The notes below the pieces were generated by a model. It was not told the DNA's origin, ran no database searches, and saw only the letters and a program-made list of their open reading frames with translations. DNA of 64,000 nucleotides from Gammaproteobacteria bacterium (lineage in GTDB: Bacteria; Pseudomonadota; Gammaproteobacteria; Ga0077536): assembly GCA_963662545.2 (NCBI GenBank), contig CAXXLL010000003.1, positions 2,528,001-2,592,000 on the forward strand, given 5' to 3'. Below, one piece after another: positions 22,269 to 31,150 of the stretch (position 1 is the stretch's first letter; each line of letters begins with the position of its first letter). Both the position numbers and the translations under genes were made by a program.

Positions 22269-23653
22269 GGGTCTACGCGGATTCATGTGGGTAAATTCTG
22301 AATTAGACCAAGTGTAAACCATTGAAATCATGTAGACATTCAGAGATTTCGTATGGGGTGAAAGTGGTTTCATTTTGTGGGTAGGCTAAGGCCATGAAGA
22401 ATCCCAAGTCGATCCGAGCGCTGTTTGCGTTCCCTGGTTTTACCGCCGCATCGAAATTGGTGGGCATGTTTGGTGATCGGTATGCCCGTGTGATCCAACT
22501 CAAGAGGCGAAAAAAACAGCGATCTGTTCTCACTGTGCTCACCGGTGCCGCGGGCGTTACGACAAGAAGGTGCTGCGAGTACGAGACCTGTCAGTTGCCG
22601 GATGGCGAATCTACCTGGAGTTCGAACGCTGGCGTGTCAGTTGCCGGAGGTGCGGCGGCGTGCAGGTAGAACATCTTGACTGGCTGGCAAAGAACCCTCG
22701 CTATACGCAGCGCTTTGCCATGCAGGTGGGCAAGCTGTGCCGGGACATGCCGAACCAGGCTGTCGCCGAGAGGGAACGCCTGCACCACAGCACGGTGAAA
22801 GACCTCGATAAGCTGTACATGCAAAAGCAGGTTGAGCTGGCGGGCATGCCAGCACCCCGGGCCATCGGTATTGATGAGATCTCCATCCGCAAAGGACATA
22901 ACTACCGGGTCATCGTCAGTGACCTGGATCGGGGGCGTCCTATCTGGGTCGGTGGTGAAGGTCGCAAAGAGGCTGACATCGACCTGTTTTTCCAGGCATT
23001 GGGCGAGAACAAGAGCGCTCGCATCGAACTGGCGGCGATGGACATGTGGAAGCCGTTCCGTAACTCGGTCATGAACAACGCACCGCAGGCGCGGATCATC
23101 TATGACAAGTTCCATATCATGCGCCACCTCTCAAAGGCTCTCGATGAAGTCCGGCGCCGTGAATACAAACGTCTCCGCGGCAAGGACAGGAGTTACATCA
23201 AAGGCCAGCGATATACCTTGCTCTCGCGACGCGAGAACCTGAATCTGGATGGCAGACGAGCCCTGAAAAAACTGCTCCAGGCCAACCGGCGTCTGAACAC
23301 CGCCTACGTCCTCAAGGAAACCTTCGGCCAACTCTGGGACTACCGTACCGAGCGCGGCGCGCGTGCCTTTTTCGAGCGCTGGAAGGACAGTCTGAAATGG
23401 CAGCGATTGGCGCCGTATCGCAAGTTTGCTGAGCTGATTGAATCCCATTGGGATGGCATTGCTTCCTATTGTGATGCTAAGAATAAAGTCAGTCTTGGAT
23501 TGGTCGAAGGGGTCAACAACAAAATCCGGGTCCTGCAACGACGCGCCTATGGCTATCGTGATGAGGAATTCCTCAAACTGAAAATCATTGCGGCATTTCT
23601 TCCGCCACTACCCAGAAATGCCAATATCAACCCACACGTTTCCGCGTAGACCC
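22269..23653 (+). mobile_element. ISL3-family insertion sequence
   Basis: TIRs GGGTCTACGCGGA..TGTGGG / CCCACA..TCCGCGTAGACCC. No target duplication visible. Confidence 0.9.
22394..23649 (+). CDS. ISL3 transposase, probably expressed via a -1 frameshift at A7 (22510-22516)
   Basis: IGIDE, MDMW, DKFH, EGVNNKIRVLQRRAYG. A -1 shift joins ...LKRRKK to the zinc-finger TAICSHC. Confidence 0.85.
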
Positions 23654-23770
23654 AAACAATTTTGGAAGCTACGCGAGCATGTTTTCTCGAAAGATTTCCG
23701 AGAATTTGTAGCCTCGGTGGAACCGGGCGAGTATCTATTAAAGTGATCCTTGTTTGAGCATTAGCAGGAT

Positions 23771-23911
23771 GTCCGGAAAGGGTCGTCAGCGGCCTAATCG
23801 CCGCAGCGCAGCACTGATTAGCGTTTTGTCTCCTATGCGCTCGGAAGTGGTCGTCCGGTAGCGTTCAGCGTCACGAGCATAATGAGCGGCGGCGGTCGGC
23901 CGATAGCGGAC
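23771..23911 (+). repeat. Composite boundary repeat, copy 6 (uninterrupted reference copy)
   Basis: GTCCGGAAAGGGTCGTCAGCGGCC / GTCTCCTATGCGCTCGGAAGTGGTC / GGCGGCGGTCGGCCGATAGCGGAC. Confidence 0.8.
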
Positions 23912-23972
23912 ACCCTAAGGTCAGCGCCATCCGATATTCTTATAGTCCAGGAACCAAATAGGGGATCGGGCC

Positions 23973-24501
23973 ATGAACTGGGATGCTATCGGTGCTTTGA
24001 GTGAACTGCTCGGTGCAACAGCAGTTGTTGTGTCAATAATCTATCTCGCACTACAGGTGAGACAAAATTCGAGCCATGTCCGCAGTAGCGGGTATCAGAT
24101 GGCGGCTCAATCGGCAAATCACTTTTTGGAAAGTCTATCGGCGCACCCTGAGGCGTTGAAGGTTTTCCACGCGGCTCAGGAGTCCTATGACGGCCTAGAC
24201 GACGACGATCAACTCGTAGCTCGAACAGTATTCTTGCAACTGTTCATCTATTACGAAGCTTTGTTTTACCAGTATGAAGACCGCGTCGTGGATCTCGATA
24301 TCTGGGAGGTTTTACCAGTATGAAGACCGCGTCGTGGATCTCGATATCTGGGAGGGGCGAAGGAAGATGATGCTCAACCTCCTACAAATGCCAGGCGTAG
24401 CGTCATGGTGGGGAACCTGGCGACCAATCTTTGGCGCGAAATTCCAGTCGTACGTCGCGGAGAACATGGAATCACCGAGTGATTTGCATTTGACATTTTG
24501 A
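23973..24501 (+). pseudogene. MNWDA-family paralog 4, frameshifted by a 46-bp tandem duplication
   Basis: MNWDAIGALSELLGA. GTTTTACCAG...TCTGGGAG is repeated at ~24263-24354. C-terminus PGVASWW lies in another frame. Confidence 0.8.
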
Positions 24502-24593
24502 GCAGATCGGCATATCTGTTCGGGAAACGACGATCGTTAGTCGGCTATCCGACTCGACCTCGCATGCACCTTCGTCCCCCGCCAGCTAGCAAT

Positions 24594-24675
24594 GACGGTA
24601 TTGGGTCGGCAGCGGCCTTATCGCGGCAGTGCAACGCTGTTCAAGATTAGGTCTGCAATCCTCTCGAAAGCGGAC
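24594..24675 (+). repeat. Composite boundary repeat, copy 7
   Basis: GACGGTATTGGGTCGGCAGCGGCC ... GTCTGCAATCCTCTCGAAAGCGGAC. Confidence 0.75.
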
Positions 24676-24867
24676 TCGGGCGGCTTGGAAGCCACGTACG
24701 TCACGGTCGCCGCAGCACCCCTATTATTTATGCTGTGCGTTCGCTACAGTTTCCTAACTTCTCAGTGGAATCAAATGGAACGGCATACAAACCGCGCGCC
24801 CGTATGTTCATTAATAACGGGGCAATATGGCCCGTACATTAGCTGTTAGGCGGCAAGGGAACCTTCG

Positions 24868-25338
24868 ATGAATTGGGAAGCGGTTGGAGTAATTGTAGAA
24901 ACAGTCGGAACGATTGTTGTCCTTGTTACCCTAATTTACCTGTCAATGCAGATTCGACTAGCGCGTGAAGAATCGCAAGTACAGAGCACATATTCTTCGG
25001 TAAATCTATGGGCTAATTGGCGTTCACACTTAATCAACAACCCTGATATTAGTGAGCTTATAGAGAAAGCGAATGAAGGCCAGGATCTATCTAAAGCGGA
25101 AAAACTTCGAATTTCGACTTTTATGGACGAATTCATATTTACGTCCTATGCCTCCCACGCAACAAGTCAGAAAGGCAACCCACTATATACACGCGATGCA
25201 GAGGTCGAATATTTGGTCGGTTTTCTGGAAGCGAATCCAGGGTTGGAATCTCACTGGGAAAGGCTTCGGGATTATGTTGACGCGTGGGACCCCGAATTTT
25301 CGAAGAAGATAAGAATCCGGCGGGACGAGGTTGACTAA
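24868..25338 (+). CDS. MNWDA-family paralog 5
   Basis: MNWEAVGVIVETVGTIVVLVTLIYLSMQ. Preceded by GTTAGGC at 24845. Confidence 0.8.
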   Translation: MNWEAVGVIVETVGTIVVLVTLIYLSMQIRLAREESQVQSTYSSVNLWANWRSHLINNPDISELIEKANEGQDLSKAEKLRISTFMDEFIFTSYASHATSQKGNPLYTRDAEVEYLVGFLEANPGLESHWERLRDYVDAWDPEFSKKIRIRRDEVD

Positions 25339-25460
25339 CGTGACATGGTCAGAATATCGGTTGGTTTCTCCGGGTGTGCGGCGCAGCCGCGTAGATTCAA
25401 AGTCGAAGTGCAACAACGCGAGCAAGACAGGATGTCCCAGACTTCGTTAAACACCCCGTC

Positions 25461-25570
25461 ACCTATAAGTCGTTGGAGCGGTCGTGTTACAGCGGGCTTT
25501 TCTTCCGCGGCTGTCGCATTATCGCTTCAGAAAAGCGCACTGTAACGCGCCGCTCAACTTTGCACTATGC
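25461..25570 (+). other. Degenerate attC-like site
   Basis: GTTGGAGCGG...CCGCTCAAC arms with an extra G, inner GTTACAG/CTGTAAC, eroded R boxes. Confidence 0.55.
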
Positions 25571-25608
25571 CGCAATCGTTCCATCTAGATTCTTACAGGA
25601 ACAAAACC

Positions 25609-26050
25609 ATGAGAAGAACCCCGCTAATCATTAAACCGGAAACTTATCAATCTCCATTGAATGTCGTAGGTACGAACGTAACAGTGCTCGCTTCAAAACA
25701 AGACACAAAGGGACAGGAATTCACGTATCAGTCCGGAGACAAAGGCATGGGACCTCCGCCTCATAGCCACGACTGGGATGAATCATTTTTCGTGATTAAA
25801 GGAAGCGTTGAAATCACCTGTGATGGAAGGACCGAACTGTGCACACCAGGCACACTTTTTCGTGCCGGGTGGAACGATACATGCGTTCAAATACGGCCCC
25901 GATGGCGGCGAAATGCTGGAAATAACAGGCTCCGGGAGCATAGCTGCTCAAATGTTCACGGCGCTCGACAATGAAGTTCCGCCAGGTCCGCCGAACATAG
26001 AAAAGATCGTAGAAGTAATGAACAGAAATGGGGTCACTGTGCATTCATAA
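25609..26050 (+). pseudogene. Cupin domain protein, frameshifted at a T run (~25856)
   Basis: GPPPHSHDWDESF in one frame and FVPGGTIHAF in the next. Confidence 0.75.
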
Positions 26051-26054
26051 TGCA

Positions 26055-26158
26055 GCATAACGGGTCGTTGGAGGCGGACGCTTGACAGTGGCATTCCCTA
26101 CGCCGCCGCTCCGTTCCGTCGCCGTCGCCGTCGAGTGCGGCTCATGGGAGCGTAAGGT
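26055..26158 (+). other. Degenerate attC-like site
   Basis: GCATAAC right after the cupin stop, CTTGAC/GTCGAG inner arms, GTAAGGT just before the next gene. Confidence 0.5.
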
Positions 26159-26169
26159 GAACTAGAGAT

Positions 26170-26679
26170 ATGGCTGTACCGGAAGACTTCTATGTCATTG
26201 CTCAGATCGCGGTCACCTTAATGGGATTTACCGGGATCGTCGGTGCTCTTCAGACCCGCGGAGGCGCAGTACTCGACGAACGAGAGAAGTTCCATATCGT
26301 TAATCTGCTAACGACTTCGACGCTTGTACTTTTTCTTGCCTTTGTTCCGACATGGCTGCAGTCGCTTCCTGGCAGTGACGAGAACCTTTGGGCGTGGTCA
26401 ATTCGAGTGCTCTTGGCCATACACATTTGCGCTTGGATAATTGCTATCCCAACATTCCAACGTGGGAGCATTTTCTTCAATCAGAAATACCGAGCATTTG
26501 AGCGGATGGCTGGATTGACAGTCGCAGTCCTTGGCGTTGTTGCAGTAGGTGCCGAACTTCTAATCGTGGGGGGGCATTACACCGAGTATTCGGTCTTTCT
26601 CTACGAAGGGGTGCTGTTATTGTTTGTGGCTGTATCGGTGTTTAATTTTCTTTCGCTCCTGATAAAGCCGTCGAGATGA
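26170..26679 (+). CDS. Multi-TM membrane cassette protein
   Basis: QIAVTLMGFTGIVG. Collinear similarity to 15822..16490. Confidence 0.75.
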   Translation: MAVPEDFYVIAQIAVTLMGFTGIVGALQTRGGAVLDEREKFHIVNLLTTSTLVLFLAFVPTWLQSLPGSDENLWAWSIRVLLAIHICAWIIAIPTFQRGSIFFNQKYRAFERMAGLTVAVLGVVAVGAELLIVGGHYTEYSVFLYEGVLLLFVAVSVFNFLSLLIKPSR

Positions 26680-26799
26680 ACCATTCGCCATAAAAGGCGT
26701 TCAACCTGACGCTTGACCGCGCGCTTCCTGCGCTGCCGCTTCGATAAGCCTTTATCGAGCACCGGTCAGCTTGAACGTTCGTGAAGTCTGCTATAGGGT

Positions 26800-27676
26800 G
26801 TGCGCCGTGCAAAGGCGGCGTTCTTCAGTGGGTGCAAGTCCCACCCGGCAACTGTCGCTCCAGCCGGAAGCAATCGGAGCAGTCATGGAGGTAACAAGAT
26901 GGCTGAAGCCTTCGGTGTAGAGGGTCACTAGGTGACTTGGCGAGTGTGCAGGCCGTAAGGTGAGTGAACGCTGAGCAAGCCTCGAAAAGGACGATGCACG
27001 TGCCGACCGGTCAACCCCTATCGGGAAGGCTGAAAGGGCTGGGGAAGCGAGCGATGAGCGCACCCAGTCGGCGTGCCGGGGTAGTGGCGATGGCATGTAC
27101 ACAGAGGAGAACGCGCGCAACACGGGAAGCCCGATGGCGTGGTCGGTCGTGGCGATCAACCGGAGACCGGTGACGGTCAGAGAGGGCGCTATGGGGTGGC
27201 GGAGAGGCCCGTAGTACTGAGGAAGCCGGGTAATGCTGGTGGAGGGAAGGGGCCTTAGTTCAAGACGGGCACTGAAAGCGGCAAAGCACAGGAGATTGGG
27301 GCAACCCTAGGCAACTCCGGTAAGGTGCGGGCGCGGTGGAAGGCGTCACATGTTGAAGCGAAGGAAGAACCCGGATTGCGATCTGGGAAGCGAATGCCCA
27401 CCCAAGTGGTGGCATTGGCGGTTGTGTGCAGAACGCTCGGTTCGTGCACGCCGGGATACACGGCCCGGTGTGGTGGGTCGGGTGAACTGCGGATGACCTT
27501 TCGTGTGCCAAGGCATGAGTCTTGTCCGAGAGCCGGATGCGGTAGTTCCGCCTGTCCGGTTCGATGAGGAGGATGTGGAAACGGAGTGATGGTCCGGCTA
27601 TTGAGGCACCGCCAGACGAAAGGGGCGGCAACAGATTGGCTGAACCTTAGACCACCGCGCCACATCCTTACTCTAC
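26800..27676 (+). ncRNA. Group II intron lacking an intact RT ORF
   Basis: 5' GTGCG. Domain V GAGCCGGATGCGGTAGTTCCGCCTGTCCGGTTC. 3' end CCACATCCTTACTCTAC. Only short IEP-like remnants (AKEEP) in domain IV. Confidence 0.9.
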
Positions 27677-28060
27677 CGTCAGCGGCCTAATCGCGGCAGC
27701 GCACACTAATTAGCGTTTTGTCTGCAATGCGCTCGTAAGCGGTCGTCCCGCAGCTTTCAGTGGAGCGTTAGCTGAGCAGGGCGGGTCTCGGCCTATTCTG
27801 TTGAAAAAGTCCGATTCGCCGTCGGTCGCGACGTGTGCAGAAAAACCGACCGCGTAGGATCGCCTGTAAGCGACGATCGGCACTCCGGGAATGGTTTAGC
27901 GACCCCCAAATATATCGAAATCGTATGCGGTACGACTTTTTCAACACAATAGTCCGTCAGCGGCCGAATCGCGGCGGTGCAGCACCGTTAGAGTTTACGT
28001 CTGCAATCCCCTCGTAAGCGGTCGTCGAGATGCTTCAAGCGTCGAGTTGAGAGAGCACCA
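27677..28060 (+). repeat. Composite boundary repeat, copies 8 and 9 (first half-site at 26786-26799)
   Basis: CGTCAGCGGCCTAATCGCGGCAGCGCA...GTCTGCAATGCGCTCGTAAGCGGTC, and a second unit from 27952. Confidence 0.8.
27794..27951. mobile_element. MITE with IS5/IS1182-like ends
   Basis: TIRs TATTCTGTTGAAAAAGTC / GACTTTTTCAACACAATA, flanked by GGCC/GTCC. Confidence 0.75.
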
Positions 28061-28123
28061 ATAAATCCACGTCTATCACTCCTTTAATCTCCTGCCGTCT
28101 GATTAGCAGGAGAAGGGTTAAAC

Positions 28124-28185
28124 GTGGGTCAGTTTTGGGTGCAAATACCCGGGGCTAGTGGGTCACTTTTGGATGCAAATCTACA
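28124..28185. mobile_element. Isolated IS21-family terminus
   Basis: Two copies of GTGGGTCAnTTTTGGnTGCAAAT, ending in ...CTACA. Confidence 0.65.
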
Positions 28186-28240
28186 GATTAAAGGGTTCTA
28201 CGTGCCGCGCTAATGTCCCCGCAGCTTCACCAACCTCCGG

Positions 28241-28786
28241 TCACAATGCACAAACGCGCGGTTCCCAAACCGCGAGGAAACGCTCGAAGCCAATCCCAAC
28301 GGCAATGACATGGGCCAACTCAACGATTTCGGCGTCATTGAATTCGTGGCGCAAAAGCTCGAAGAAATCGTCATCGAGTCCTTCGGGTTCAATGCCGAGT
28401 TTCTCTGCAAACTTCAAGGCCAGCTTTTCACGACGCGTCAAACATTCGCTCACCTCATAAGTCCCAATCGCCGCGATCTTTTGTTTGGTTAGCTGCGGGA
28501 CGGGCGGCCGTGGGGTGGCCAAGCGTGGCACTGATGACTTCGCGATATACGCGGAGCAATCGTTGTTCTGCGCGATCTTCATTCGCACTAACTCTTTCAA
28601 GTCCCGCTCGAGTTTGCCGTTCTCCAACATATTGACGTAGGCAGCGAAAATGGGTTCAAACACTTCCTGCTTATGCGCAAAGATTTTAAGACCGTTGGCG
28701 TAATTTGAATCGAACTCGAACTTATCGACCAGCGATGCCATAGCCGGGCTTAGTTTGGTTTTATCCAAGGGGGTTGGTGCAGTCAT
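28241..28786 (-). CDS. AhpD/carboxymuconolactone decarboxylase-like protein (CxxY variant)
   Basis: LKELVRMKIAQNNDCSAY, REKLALKFAEK, EFNDAEIVEL. Paralog of the upstream gene. Confidence 0.8.
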   Translation of the reverse strand: MTAPTPLDKTKLSPAMASLVDKFEFDSNYANGLKIFAHKQEVFEPIFAAYVNMLENGKLERDLKELVRMKIAQNNDCSAYIAKSSVPRLATPRPPVPQLTKQKIAAIGTYEVSECLTRREKLALKFAEKLGIEPEGLDDDFFELLRHEFNDAEIVELAHVIAVGIGFERFLAVWEPRVCAL

Positions 28787-28841
28787 GACAGTCGGTCCTT
28801 TGTGTTGGAGACTCGTTGGAGAAATACCCGTTCTTTGCTGT

Positions 28842-29363
28842 TCATGCTTCTTCAGGCTTGAAGACTGAAAGCAGGCGGCCCCACCCGATACATACGCTGA
28901 TCACAATTGAAAGTTCGACAATCTCCGGCTCCGAAAACTCTTCGCCCAGCAGTGCAAAGAAATTGTCATCGATTGCCCGGTGTTCGATCCCCATCTTTTC
29001 CGCGAACTTTAGCGCGAGCTTTTCACGCCGCGTTAAGATCTCGCTAACTTCGAAATTTTCGATTTCTTTGATTTTTTCTTCCGTCAAACCCTTATCCATC
29101 ACCGATGGATATCGCAACTTTCGTCAGGTGAAGCAGTCGTTGTTATAAGCGATTTTGATGCGCATCATCTCCTTCAGCCGGGAGTCGACCAGGCCGCCTT
29201 CAAACATGTCGACGTAGGCCGTCCACATCGGTTCGACGAACTCCTGACTGTGCGCAAAGACCTTAAGACCCGCGTGGTATCCGGGATCAAACTTGACGCG
29301 ATCCACCAACTCCGCCATGCCGGGTGTCAGATATCGCTCTTCTATGGGTTCCAACCGTGCCAT
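28842..29363 (-). CDS. AhpD-like protein with CxxU, candidate selenoprotein (173 aa, Sec80)
   Basis: The two track ORFs are in frame across TGA 29124-29126: NNDCFT-U-RKLRYP. Hairpin TATCCATC-GGT-GATGGATA follows. Confidence 0.8.
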
Positions 29364-29529
29364 GAATTCCTTCCAGGGGCCGTTAAGGCACCAATTTGTC
29401 AGGTGGCCGTATCCGAGTTGTGTATTTCTCGGAACGGAGAATGTGTCTCCTTATATAGCCTCTGGGTGGTGGATTTGGCAACTTGTTTAAGGCCAATGCT
29501 CATGCCGATTAGCCTAGATCCGCGAGCGA

Positions 29530-29625
29530 TGCATATTCCAGCCCAAGCCGATCACTCATTCCGGTGCAAGCCGATCACCCATTCCAGCTGATGCCGATCA
29601 CCGATTCCGGCTGATGCCGATCACT
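29530..29625. mobile_element. Isolated IS21-family terminus
   Basis: TGCATATTCC start, then four GCCGATCAC repeats at ~23-bp period. Confidence 0.65.
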
Positions 29626-29689
29626 TTTGAGTACGTGGGAGGATTTTGTGCCAGGTCTTGCCTTTTGCCATCAATGTCGGCTTCGGGTC

Positions 29690-29838
29690 TATTGTGTTGA
29701 AAAACTCCCTCAACAGATGGTTTAGCCAAATTTAGGGGGTGCTCAAACCATTACCTGAAGTCCGATCGTCGCTTACGCGCGATCCTGTGAGGTCCAATTT
29801 CTCGGAGCAATGGGCGAACCGAGTTTTTCAACAGAATA
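29690..29838. mobile_element. MITE with IS5/IS1182-like ends
   Basis: TIRs TATTGTGTTGAAAAACTC / GAGTTTTTCAACAGAATA, GGTC duplication. Confidence 0.8.
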
Positions 29839-29960
29839 GGTCGTCAGCGGCCGAATCGCGGCAGTGCAGCAATGCTAGAGGTTAGGTCTGCAATTCCCTC
29901 GTAAGCGGTCGTTTGGCTTCCGAAAGCGTCATTGATTGAACTGACTTCGGCTCGCGGCCA
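29839..29960 (+). repeat. Composite boundary repeat, copy 10 (first half-site at 29676-29689)
   Basis: GGTCGTCAGCGGCCGAATCGCGGCAGTGCAGCA...GTCTGCAATTCCCTCGTAAGCGGTC. Confidence 0.8.
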
Positions 29961-29993
29961 TAAGGTAAACTGCAAGCCCGCGAGGTCTAATCA

Positions 29994-30323
29994 TTGGTCA
30001 ACTGCCGTAAATGCGGAGAGAGGTTGCCGTTCCGGAGTTTTCTGTTTTCTCCGGGTCTGTCTGTGGCGGATCTGAAATGCCCTTTCTGCCATCTCGTGAT
30101 GCGTGCTGGTCGGCAGAGTAAACAAACGATCTGGCTAGGAATACTGGCTGGCGGCATAGTCAGCGCGGTTGGTGCGCATTGGGCCTACTACGTGCAGGGT
30201 TGGAATCGCGGTTCCAGTGCCGGAGTTGTATTGGCCATTGCGATTATCGTTGGCGTGGCGCTGACATGTTATTCGTGGATCAAAGACGACTACGATGCGA
30301 ATACGAACTCAGCCCGCGAATAA
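29994..30323 (+). CDS. Small zinc-ribbon plus 2-TM protein
   Basis: CRKC...CPFC followed by two hydrophobic segments. Confidence 0.6.
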   Translation: MVNCRKCGERLPFRSFLFSPGLSVADLKCPFCHLVMRAGRQSKQTIWLGILAGGIVSAVGAHWAYYVQGWNRGSSAGVVLAIAIIVGVALTCYSWIKDDYDANTNSARE

Positions 30324-30572
30324 GGACCTAATCTCTCCAAAACCCATTAAACCGATTCGCCGCTAACTTCGCGTAACTGACCGTGTGCCGAATAGCAGTG
30401 CACTACTTCCCTCCGGAGGGAATAAATCTATGAGGAGCGCGGATGCTTGCCCCCTCTATCAAATTTGCGGAGGGGCTCTAGCAGCAGACAGCGGCGTCGA
30501 GATCGATCCCCACCCCCCGGGGGCCAGGGTTGCGACTTGGACACATAAAAATTGCGCCTAGGCGACAATGTT

Positions 30573-30593
30573 TGACGGTATTGATGACGGTAT
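30573..30593. repeat. TGACGGTAT x2, putative integrase arm-type sites
   Basis: Direct repeat followed by an AT-rich tract, downstream of a C7-G5 motif. Confidence 0.4.
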
Positions 30594-31150
30594 CTGGAAC
30601 AGTAACCACCGTCAGACCTATTAAATTCAATCGGTTAAACTGTGTAAGTATCTACAAGTACGTTAAGTACGATTGAGGGCAGCGGTCGATAATTTTCAGA
30701 TACGAATAATTTTCGGTAAAAAAAGCGTTCCCGCGGAAACGTAATTTTTGGCCGGGAGCAGGCCATTTTATTGAAAACACTGTTTTCAATAAAATGGTAG
30801 CGTGCTTAAGCGCCTTGCAAGAACTCGATTCGTGTACGGTTCCCGGGCACATCGGCGAGCCTTTGATCGCGGGCGGGTAAGTCAGCGTCGAGAGCTTCAC
30901 CGAGCGCGACGTAGGCGGCGCGCAAAAGGTGTCCCCCGATATCGGGCCAACTCCACCTGACAGTTCATCGTGACGACTTTTCTACCCGTCACTTTGCCCA
31001 GCTTATCTCGAGCGCAGCCATCGTAAACAGGCGGGCCGGCGCAGTCCTCTGCAGTCATACATGACCGCCGTGAAATGGCTTAGCATGTTCCGGATCGATC
31101 AAGATGGTGCACAGGAGGGAGAGCCAATAATGCCCGTCGCTTCGCAACCG

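Noticed and set aside
23771-23911. Repeat-spacer-repeat pattern as a CRISPR array
   Set aside because: Units are degenerate and only 2-3 per cluster, the spacers are conserved between clusters, and no cas genes are present.
26791-27665. Short ORFs across the intron as genes
   Set aside because: They are shadow frames of structured intron RNA, with no RT (YADD) motif.
29530-29625. 23-bp periodic GCCGATCAC repeats as a mini-CRISPR or iterons
   Set aside because: The TG start and internal repeats fit an IS21-family terminus better.
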